This document shows positions 17,530-24,723 of a stretch of DNA of 64,000 nucleotides, piece after piece. Location: assembly GCA_001798075.1 (NCBI GenBank), contig MGRG01000002.1, positions 46,631 through 110,630 on the forward strand, written 5' to 3'. The notes beneath the pieces were generated by a model. The model saw only the letters and a list, made by a program, of their open reading frames with translations. It did no database searches and was not told where the DNA came from. How positions within the stretch are numbered: the first letter of the stretch is position 1; every line of letters starts with the position of its first letter. The translations under genes were made by a program, and so were the position numbers. The DNA is from Deltaproteobacteria bacterium RIFCSPHIGHO2_01_FULL_43_49. GTDB lineage: Bacteria; UBA10199; SPLOWO2-01-44-7.

Positions 17530-19428
17530 TTATTTAATCTTTGACCCCACTGCCACATCCTTTGTGGGAGTTAAAATAGAAATCACATTGGCATCGCTGG
17601 CGGCGAGGAGCATGCCGTTGGATTCCACACCTCGAATTTTGACTGGTTTTAAATTGATCACAACCACAATTTTTCTGCCGACTAATTCTTCAGGGGGATA
17701 GTGTTGGGCAATGCCGGCTACAATTTGGCGTTTTTCATTTCCGAGATCAATTTGGAGTTTTAGCAACTTATCTGCTCCTTCTATTTTTTCTGCTGAAATA
17801 ACCTGTGCGACTCTCATGTCCACTTTTGCAAAGTCGGTGATGTCTATTGTGGGGGCTCGCGTCGCCCCCTCCGCCGGCAAAGCCGTCGGAGCCTCCCCCT
17901 CTCGCGAGCCTTGCTCGCTAGGCTTTTTTGATTGTTCCATAAGTTTCTCCTTTGGTTCTTCGATTCTTGGAAAAAGGTTTGGGCCTTTTTGGATGTTTGA
18001 GCCAAATTGCTCCAAGATTTTTTCCGCCGTACTTGGCAGAAATGGTTTTAGCAAATTTGCAATGGTTCGAATCGATTCTGCTACGTTATATAAAATTTCC
18101 TTCCGTGTTTGAGTTTCAGTAATTTTCCACGGTTTATTTTCGTTAATATAACGGTCTGTTTGGGTAATCCCTTCCCAAATGGCAGCGAGGGCTTCATGAA
18201 AGGCAATATCCCCCGACTTCATTTCCAGAAACCCCCCAACTTTTTTCTTTAAACCTTTCATTTTTTTGGCCAGAGGATTTGTTTTTCCTTTGACAGGAGA
18301 GATCACACCCTTTTGATACTGCTCAATCATTCCCAATGTCCTGCTCACCAAATTTCCAAGGCCGTTGGCCAAATCACCGTTGTAGCGACGGATGAAATCA
18401 TCCCATGTAAAATCACTATCCTGACCAAAACTGGAAGTCCTGAGCAAATAATAACGAAGGGCATCGGCTCCATAAGCATCAACAACATCCATCGGGGTCA
18501 CAACATTGCCCAACGTCTTGCTCATCTTTTCGCCTCTCAAGTAGACAAAGCCGTGGCCGAAAACAGATTTGGGCAAAGGTATTTTGGCCGCCATCAGCAT
18601 GGCAGGCCAAATGACACAATGAAAGCGGGTGATATCTTTGCCAATCACATGCAGATCGGCCGGCCACCACTTCTTAAATTTTGATTTTTGATTTTTGATT
18701 TTTGATTTTTCTTCGCCATAGCCAATTGCCGTGATGTAATTAATCAGTGCGTCAAACCAGACATAAACAGCATGCGTTTTGTCAAACGGAACAGGAATAC
18801 CCCATTTGACCGAAGCCCTGGAGACACTGATATCTTGAAGCCCCCCTTCGATTAGGCGCAAGATTTCATTGCGGCGCATTGTCGGCAAAATAAATTCAGA
18901 ATTTTTTTTAATGTGTTTGTAGAGTTTATCTTGATATTTTGAGAGTTTAAAAAAATAGTTTTCTTCATGGAGCCATTTTGGTTTCGATTTGTGGTTGGGG
19001 CACAATCCATCCACCAAATCTTTTTCAGTAAAGTAGGCTTCGCACGATTCACAATACCAACCCTCATACGGTTTTTTATAAATGTCACCGTTATCGAAAA
19101 GAGTTTGAAAAAGTCTTTCGACCCCCTTTTTGTGGCGCTCCTCGGAGGTCTGAATAAAATCGTCATAAGAAATTTCCAATTTTTTCCAGATCGCTTCAAA
19201 TTTTTGGCGCATCTGATCACAATAGATTTTGGGTTCCAGACCCGCCTGTCTGGCGGCCTTTTCGACATTTACACTATGCTCATCATTTCCCATCAGGAAA
19301 TGAACTTTGAAGCCTTGCATCCTTTTGGAACGGGCCAAGACATCCGCTCCAATTTTTTCATAGGCGGTTCCAATGTGGGGTAGATTATTGACGTAATCAA
19401 TGGCTGTCGTAATGTAGAATTTCTTCAT
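17530..19428 (-). CDS. metG: Methionine--tRNA ligase with C-terminal Trbp111-like tRNA-binding domain
   Basis: YVNNLPHIGTAYEKI (HIGH-type) and KMSKTLGN (KMSKS) motifs, Zn knuckle CESCEAYF...CPNH. C-terminal DMRVAQVISAEKIEGADKLLKLQIDLG. Contains two in-frame repeat insertions. Confidence 0.95.
   Translation of the reverse strand: MKKFYITTAIDYVNNLPHIGTAYEKIGADVLARSKRMQGFKVHFLMGNDEHSVNVEKAARQAGLEPKIYCDQMRQKFEAIWKKLEISYDDFIQTSEERHKKGVERLFQTLFDNGDIYKKPYEGWYCESCEAYFTEKDLVDGLCPNHKSKPKWLHEENYFFKLSKYQDKLYKHIKKNSEFILPTMRRNEILRLIEGGLQDISVSRASVKWGIPVPFDKTHAVYVWFDALINYITAIGYGEEKSKIKNQKSKFKKWWPADLHVIGKDITRFHCVIWPAMLMAAKIPLPKSVFGHGFVYLRGEKMSKTLGNVVTPMDVVDAYGADALRYYLLRTSSFGQDSDFTWDDFIRRYNGDLANGLGNLVSRTLGMIEQYQKGVISPVKGKTNPLAKKMKGLKKKVGGFLEMKSGDIAFHEALAAIWEGITQTDRYINENKPWKITETQTRKEILYNVAESIRTIANLLKPFLPSTAEKILEQFGSNIQKGPNLFPRIEEPKEKLMEQSKKPSEQGSREGEAPTALPAEGATRAPTIDITDFAKVDMRVAQVISAEKIEGADKLLKLQIDLGNEKRQIVAGIAQHYPPEELVGRKIVVVINLKPVKIRGVESNGMLLAASDANVISILTPTKDVAVGSKIK
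17851..17923 (-). repeat. GC-rich cassette of three tri-loop or short-loop mini-hairpins, in frame in the metG linker
   Basis: GGGGGC-TCGCGTC-GCCCCC, CCGCCGGC-AAA-GCCGTCGG and GCGAGC-CTT-GCTCGC. Encodes SEQGSREGEAPTALPAEGATRAP. Much more GC-rich than the surrounding sequence. Confidence 0.75.
18679..18710 (-). repeat. Heptamer array (AAAATCA)x4 plus a partial unit, in frame in metG
   Basis: The plus strand reads TTTTGAT x4 then TTTT. Encodes KSKIKNQKSK. Confidence 0.9.
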
Positions 19429-19491
19429 GGATACTGTTCAAATAAATTGCTTTAAGCTCCCTTCATTTTATATTAAGCTTGTTTCCTCCAG

Positions 19492-19750
19492 CTACCTGGC
19501 GCTGAGGGTGCTGAAAGTACGTGATATTTTTTGGGTTGAGGCATCAGACTCCACAAACCCTTCGGGTTTGCTTCGCGGCCCAGCAAAGCTGGGCCTTGAC
19601 ACAAAATTCGCTCGACTCTCGGCAATTTTAGCATTCTATCCCTTTTGTTAAAATTGCCCGGCAAAGGCTGGCTTTGCCAGCCTGCGCAGCAACTTCGCAG
19701 AAGTTGCGGAGTATAATAGAGACGACTTTCATCACCCTCATCGCCACGCC
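19492..19750 (+). repeat. H4: element bounded by terminal inverted repeats, made of five mini-hairpins
   Basis: GGCGCTGAGGGTGCTGAAAG (19498-19517) pairs with CTTTCATCACCCTCATCGCC (19726-19745). Internal hairpins are CAAACCC-TTCG-GGTTTG, GGCCCAGC-AAA-GCTGGGCC, GGCAATTTTA...TAAAATTGCC, AGGCTGGC-TTT-GCCAGCCT and GCAACTTC-GCA-GAAGTTGC. Confidence 0.75.
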
Positions 19751-19852
19751 GTCGGAAACAAGCTTCATTCAAAAAATAAGGTAGGTCACTTACGCAATTT
19801 ATTTTGCAAGTATCTCTTTCAAGGGTGTGGGGTAGTAAAGACAAAAGGTAAA

Positions 19853-20013
19853 AGTTGCCACGCGAACGAGGTGGGTGAGAAAAACCTCTCGGAACCCAGC
19901 CAAACCTTATGGGGGTTACAATAATTTGGCGGGGTGAGAGTGGAGTGGGCATTTTGGGGCTCTCCCCAAAATGACCCACGTCTTTTCGAACCCACCAAGT
20001 GGAAGTGGCAACT
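19853..20013 (+). repeat. H3 Y-shaped structured repeat, copy 4
   Basis: AGTTGCCAC-GCG-AACGAG-GTGGGT...CCCAGCCAAA(loop TATGGGGGTTACAATAA)TTTGGCGGGG...GAGTGGGCATTTTGGGGCTCTCCCCAAAATGACCCACGTC-TTTTCGAA-CCCAC-CAAGTG-GAAGTGGCAACT. Confidence 0.8.
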
Positions 20014-20035
20014 TTTAAGTTTGAAACTCCTTTTT

Positions 20036-20878
20036 TCATCCGTTCGCGAGTGTAAACAACAAGCTCTCTATGAGCAACTGCTTATTGGCATAGGTTTGTA
20101 GACCGCGAGTCGCATTTTGGATGGCTGTCCATTGGGTGGTCAGTCTTTCGGTTGCTTTTGCATCTCCGTTTTCCAAGATTTTTTTGTGCCACAGTTGCTC
20201 CAATAGTATCAAAACATAAGGGAGTTTTTCGGACTCTTCACTCAATGTTTCACTCAAATCCAAAATTTTACTAGGAGTTAGACCTTGAGAGAGTTCTGTT
20301 AGTTTTTGGTTGATTTCACCGGCAAGATTCACATCAAAATCAAGAGCCATTTTGAGACTTCCCATGGCAAAGTTAGTCTTTTGTTCCGCCTCTACTTGAG
20401 ACAAACCATTTCGCACCAGATATTGTTTGATTTGTTCATGACTCAAAGGACCAAAAGTCATTTGTCTACATCGTGAACGGATAGTTGGCAGAAGTCTTGT
20501 CGGTTGATGAGAAATCAAAATAAAGTAAGTGGCCTGTGGTGGCTCCTCCAAAATTTTTAGGAGGGCATTGGCACCGGCTTCTGTCATCATGTGAGCATTG
20601 TCGATAATAACTACTTTCACCTCTCCTTCCAGGGGATGAAGGTAAATTTTTTGTTTAAGCCGGCGTAGTAACTCTACCTTGATGGTCAATCCTTCCGGTT
20701 CAATAAAGTGTAAATCAGATTTGGAACAACGCAAAGCTTGTACGAGTCCCAGCGCGATTTGTTTTTTTCCGATCCCTTCAATTCCAGAAAAAAGATAGGC
20801 GTGAGCCAGCTTCTTTTCTTTAAGCTCTTTTTTTAGTTGTTCAATCTGATTTTTATGACCAAAAATATTTTGCCACAT
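20036..20878 (-). CDS. holB: DNA polymerase III subunit delta prime
   Basis: LAHAYLFSGIEGIGKK, NALLKILEEPP and LPTIRSRCRQMTF motifs. Confidence 0.85.
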   Translation of the reverse strand: MWQNIFGHKNQIEQLKKELKEKKLAHAYLFSGIEGIGKKQIALGLVQALRCSKSDLHFIEPEGLTIKVELLRRLKQKIYLHPLEGEVKVVIIDNAHMMTEAGANALLKILEEPPQATYFILISHQPTRLLPTIRSRCRQMTFGPLSHEQIKQYLVRNGLSQVEAEQKTNFAMGSLKMALDFDVNLAGEINQKLTELSQGLTPSKILDLSETLSEESEKLPYVLILLEQLWHKKILENGDAKATERLTTQWTAIQNATRGLQTYANKQLLIESLLFTLANG

Positions 20879-20880
20879 AG

Positions 20881-21525
20881 TTATTTGATGAGTTTCATGA
20901 CTTCTTCCACCACTTTTTGATGGACTGTTTCAATATCATCCATTCCATTTATTACCTTTACCCTTTGGGGTTCTTCATGTGCAATTTTTAAATAGCCCTC
21001 TCTGACCTTCTCGTGAAATTTTGTCGATTCTTTTTCCAGCCGATCGAGTTTTGATTGGCCGGCTATTTCTGATTGTCTCTCGAGTGCTCTTTGTAAACCA
21101 ATTTCAACAGGGCAGTCGATTAAAATGGTCAGATTGGGTTTGAGGTTGTCAGTAGCCAGTTGGTGGATTTCTGTTAAGAATTTTTTGTCGATAGAACGAG
21201 CCGTTCCTTGGTAGGCCGACGTGGCATCGGCAAAACGATCACACAAAACAATTTTGTCTTCCTTAAGAGCAGGTTTAATCACTTCACCCACATGTTGACA
21301 ACGTGCAGCCGCATACAAAAATAATTCGGTTAATGAAGACATCTCTTTAAAATTGGCATTGAGAAGAACTTTGCGAATATTTTCGCCAATAGTCGTTCCC
21401 CCCGGTTCCCTTGTCAGTAAAACAGGGTGTCCCCTTAATTTAAGGTAGTCTTCTAAAATGCGGATTTGGGTCGATTTGCCACACCCTTCAATGCCTTCAA
21501 ATGTAATAAAAATTCCTTGTGTCAT
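20881..21525 (-). CDS. tmk: Thymidylate kinase
   Basis: FITFEGIEGCGKSTQ P-loop, LTREPGGT and DRFADATSAYQG motifs. Confidence 0.93.
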   Translation of the reverse strand: MTQGIFITFEGIEGCGKSTQIRILEDYLKLRGHPVLLTREPGGTTIGENIRKVLLNANFKEMSSLTELFLYAAARCQHVGEVIKPALKEDKIVLCDRFADATSAYQGTARSIDKKFLTEIHQLATDNLKPNLTILIDCPVEIGLQRALERQSEIAGQSKLDRLEKESTKFHEKVREGYLKIAHEEPQRVKVINGMDDIETVHQKVVEEVMKLIK

Positions 21526-21537
21526 GGATCTCAGTTT

Positions 21538-21618
21538 GGTGGTGGGTCCTGTCCCTCCGTGTTTTTGTGGGGGCCCCTAACTAAACCCCACAACAAACAC
21601 TCCGGGCCACCCACCACC
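21538..21618 (+). repeat. H1 hairpin repeat, copy 1 (core plus GGTGGTGGG/CCCACCACC layer)
   Basis: Core CCTGTCCCTCCGTGTTTTTGTGGGGGCCCCTAACTAAACCCCACAACAAACACTCCGGGCC. Confidence 0.85.
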
Positions 21619-21727
21619 CAAGCCGGCTACCCTGAATCGCCAAATTTATCAAGGATTTTAATGGGTTATAAATTTTTTGGCTGGGAAGCAACTTTGGGGT
21701 ATTCCAAAACCGATAACTATTAAGGAA

Positions 21728-21955
21728 ATGGCTATTAAACCTCTGTCATTATCTTTTGAATCTATCGTTAGGGGTGTGCAAGGTGTGCAACCTGAGCAGG
21801 CCCTTCTGACCGATTTTGCCCAAGTCAGAAAGGTTGATAGCCCAGAAGAAGAGCAGACTGTTGTTTCTACTTCACCAGAACAGATGCTTCCTGAAGACAC
21901 TTTCGTTGACGCAACACTCGATCCACTCAAAAATTACCGCTCACTGATTTCTTAA
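21728..21955 (+). CDS. Hypothetical small acidic protein
   Basis: ATG 21728 with AAGGA 3 nt upstream is preferred over the TTG at 21677. 75 aa, no recognisable motif. Confidence 0.35.
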   Translation: MAIKPLSLSFESIVRGVQGVQPEQALLTDFAQVRKVDSPEEEQTVVSTSPEQMLPEDTFVDATLDPLKNYRSLIS

Positions 21956-22004
21956 AAAAAATCTTCTCCGGCCTTTGCGAAAAACGTTTTCATAATACAG
22001 AGTG

Positions 22005-22090
22005 GAGCTTCGGGGTCCTGTCCCTCCGTGTTTTCGTGGGGGCCCCTAACTAAACCCCACGACAAACACTCCGGGCCACCCCTTCGCTTC
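22005..22090 (+). repeat. H1 hairpin repeat, copy 2 (core plus GAGCTTCGGGGT/ACCCCTTCGCTTC layer)
   Basis: Same core carrying a compensated T-A to C-G change (TTTTCGTGGGG / CCCCACGACAAA). Confidence 0.85.
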
Positions 22091-22108
22091 GATCACACTA
22101 CACTGAAA

Positions 22109-22151
22109 CGTTTTTCGCAGGGGTGCTCCGAACTATAGCCATAGTTCGTAG
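22109..22151 (+). repeat. Linker hairpin L
   Basis: CGTTTTTCGCAGGGGTGCTCCGAACTATAGCCATAGTTCGTAG. Its 5' part pairs with CCTTTGCGAAAAACG at 21972-21986, enclosing H1 copy 2. Confidence 0.75.
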
Positions 22152-22173
22152 TTTTTGTGTGCCAGGTGGGTGA

Positions 22174-22362
22174 GGACAGGAGTGGGGTGGACAAAACATT
22201 TGTGCGGGAACGAGGGCGTATCGAGTCAATAAAAATAATATTCGTTTCTGCAGATAGAGCTGACGGCAGGTAAGATACTATCTGCATCTTTATGAAACGA
22301 AATTATTTTTTTGACGAGATAGCCCGAAGTGGAGCACCGTTTTGAACACCCCACTCCTGCCC
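22174..22362 (+). repeat. H2 long-hairpin repeat (about 190 nt), copy 1
   Basis: GGACAGGAGTGGGG...TGCAGATAG-AGCTGACGGCAGGTAAGATA-CTATCTGCA...CCCCACTCCTGCCC. Confidence 0.85.
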
Positions 22363-22380
22363 GAAAGCCATCCACAATTT

Positions 22381-23901
22381 TTATAAATCCATCAGAAAAT
22401 ATAGAATGGTACGGACGGGGTTGCCGGTGGCACCGACCATGGTGTGATAGCTATTCGGTTCATCGGCCCAGGCAGTAGAGGCGATGTCCATATGGACCCA
22501 TTTATTTTTCTTTGCAAATCCTTCTAGAAAGAGGGCGCCACAAATTGTGGAGGCTTTGGATCCACTCCCAGAATTTTTCAAATCGGCCGGCCCTTTCAAA
22601 TAACCTTTTTTGTAATTTTGATAGAGCGGAAGTTCCCATGCCGGTTCTCCCGTTTTTTTGCCAGCATTGATCAAACGTCCAATCAAACCTTTGTCATTGC
22701 CCAAAATCGGAGTGATAAGCTCTCCAACCGCATAAGCAGCGCCACCGGTAAGGGTTGCCATGTCGATCATATAGGTTGGTTTTGATTCGCAGGCATAGTC
22801 AAGCGCATCTGCCAAAACGAGACGTCCTTCCGCGTCGGTGTTGATAACCTCCACCGTTGTCCCTGCTCTTGTTGTGATGATGTCGCCAGGACGGACCGCA
22901 TTGCCCGATGGCATATTTTCACAAGAGGCAATAAATCCTTCAACATGCACTTTTGGTTTCGATGTTGCCAGTGCTTTGAAAACACCCAACACCGTTCCGG
23001 CTCCCGCCATGTCTAACTTCATCAACTCAATTTCTCGCGTTTTGATATTGAGACCACCGCTATCAAAAGTGATTCCTTTTCCAATCAATGCCACTTTGGC
23101 GCGGGACTTCTGTCCAGGTTTGTAAGTTAGATGGATAAACTGCGGCGGTTCGGAAGAACCCTTTGTCACCGCAAGAAGACCTCCCATTTTCTGAGCCTTA
23201 ATTTCTTTGAGTCCAAGGACTCTGCAAGAAATATTTCTATGCTCTTTTGCCAACGCCAATGCTGCTTTGGCCAAAGCGGTTGGTGTAAGGTCATTGGGAG
23301 GAGAGTTGGTTAGATCTCTCGTGAAGTTGGCGGCCTGTGCAAAAGTTTCTGCAGTGGTGCAAGCCTTTGCGAGAAGTGCTGTATTTCCTTTTGTTTGAAA
23401 GTGAATGGCCTTGAATGTCTTTGGGGTCCTTTTTTGTTTGTCTTTGTAGTAATCAAATGAATAATTAGCCAACACACAACCCTCCACAAAGGCTTGCAGA
23501 CGTTCAGCAGTGGTCAATCCTTTTATTTTTGTTTGTTCGACAACACAACCGACACTTTGAGCTTTGATGCCATTAGAAATTTGTGCGACTTTGCCGCCAA
23601 TTCGCCGAATGGTTTCCAAAGAAAATTTTTTCTGAAGGCCTGCTCCAATAATTAAAATATTCTTCGCTTTAATTTTTTCCAGGGAATGAATGAGAAGGCT
23701 CTCTCCTTCTTTCCCATTAAACTCTTGTGCCTTGATTGCTTGCGTGATTTGCCCTTCCAGAAGTTTATCTAGGCCTTGACCGCCATCATTTTGTTGAAGT
23801 GTTGCTGCAACCGGCTTTTCCGAATCTTTCTGAAAAGTGACAACGAAGACCAAATCGGCGATGGTTTTGTCTAAGGACTCTCTTGTGAAATGGAAATTCA
23901 T
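22381..23901 (-). CDS. pepA: Leucyl aminopeptidase (M17)
   Basis: NTDAEGRLVLADAL signature and VALIGKGITFDSGGLNIK motif. Confidence 0.93.
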   Translation of the reverse strand: MNFHFTRESLDKTIADLVFVVTFQKDSEKPVAATLQQNDGGQGLDKLLEGQITQAIKAQEFNGKEGESLLIHSLEKIKAKNILIIGAGLQKKFSLETIRRIGGKVAQISNGIKAQSVGCVVEQTKIKGLTTAERLQAFVEGCVLANYSFDYYKDKQKRTPKTFKAIHFQTKGNTALLAKACTTAETFAQAANFTRDLTNSPPNDLTPTALAKAALALAKEHRNISCRVLGLKEIKAQKMGGLLAVTKGSSEPPQFIHLTYKPGQKSRAKVALIGKGITFDSGGLNIKTREIELMKLDMAGAGTVLGVFKALATSKPKVHVEGFIASCENMPSGNAVRPGDIITTRAGTTVEVINTDAEGRLVLADALDYACESKPTYMIDMATLTGGAAYAVGELITPILGNDKGLIGRLINAGKKTGEPAWELPLYQNYKKGYLKGPADLKNSGSGSKASTICGALFLEGFAKKNKWVHMDIASTAWADEPNSYHTMVGATGNPVRTILYFLMDL

Positions 23902-23954
23902 ATTCTTTTTTAGGCTGTTATTTAAGCCTTTGTTTTGTTAAAGTCAACTTATCG

Positions 23955-24716
23955 ATGGATCAGAAATCGCCAGGCAAGTTGGAAAAGGGAATTGGTTTTC
24001 TTGGCCGTTTTGTGGAGCGCCTCATTGGCCAGGCCAAAAAGGCCAAAGGAAACCTGGAAGTCAAAACCGGCTTGGCCCCTATTTTGTCATTGGAATCAAG
24101 ATTACCTCTTCCTAAACTTAAAACGCTCATTGATCTTGTTGGCAATCGCTTCATCCAACAATCACTCCCCGAAAATCTTAAAGATAAAAACATTTTGGAA
24201 ATTGGTGAGGAAGCTTTGCCGTTTCAAAAAAACCTTTCCGAACAAAAGCCTAAAATTTTGTGCGGCGTTGTAGTGGATAAAAGATTGCCACCGAGCGTGA
24301 CGGGCTCCTCGGTTTTAAAGGGGTCATTGAAGGCTCTTCCCTTTGAAAATCAATTTTTCGATTGCGCGGTGGCCCATTTGACGACTCCGCATCAAGGAGA
24401 CGTGGTAAGCGTTTTCAAGGAATTAGGCAGGGTTTTGACCTCTGATGGCTTGGGACTGGTTGTTGATTTTCACCCCTTTGGGCTGTACGCAAAGAGCGGG
24501 ACGCCAAGACTTCGGTCTGTCCAAGCGACAATCAAGGGGCTAGAAGATTATTATAAAATGTGTCGTGTCGCTAATCTTTCTATTATGGATGTCCATGAAG
24601 GTTTTGTGGATGATACGTTAAGAAACCAGTTTGTCAGCCACGATGAAATAGAAGCCTTTCGTGAAATTAAAGGGACACCATTGGTACTATTTTTAAAAGT
24701 CAAAAGAATTCGTTAA
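23955..24716 (+). CDS. Class I SAM-dependent methyltransferase-like protein (degenerate motif I)
   Basis: ILEIGEE..., FFDCAVAHL and VFKELGRVLTSDGLGLVVDF resemble methyltransferase-type-11 motifs. The assignment is weak. Confidence 0.45.
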   Translation: MDQKSPGKLEKGIGFLGRFVERLIGQAKKAKGNLEVKTGLAPILSLESRLPLPKLKTLIDLVGNRFIQQSLPENLKDKNILEIGEEALPFQKNLSEQKPKILCGVVVDKRLPPSVTGSSVLKGSLKALPFENQFFDCAVAHLTTPHQGDVVSVFKELGRVLTSDGLGLVVDFHPFGLYAKSGTPRLRSVQATIKGLEDYYKMCRVANLSIMDVHEGFVDDTLRNQFVSHDEIEAFREIKGTPLVLFLKVKRIR

Positions 24717-24723
24717 GGTTAAT

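Noticed and set aside
19473-20039. 188-aa ORF in the metG-holB spacer, plus ORFs at 16011-16232, 17019-17366, 17351-17701, 22093-22287, 28398-28637, 50505-50714, 50261-50485 and 57664-57924
   Set aside because: All are read through the palindromic repeat families. The same peptides recur wherever a repeat copy occurs and on both strands, for example MQIVSYLPSALSAETN... (three times) and the GSCPSVFLWGPLTKPHNKHSGPP stretch (inside the spurious ORFs at 21466, 41461 and 50261). They are repeat artefacts, not genes.
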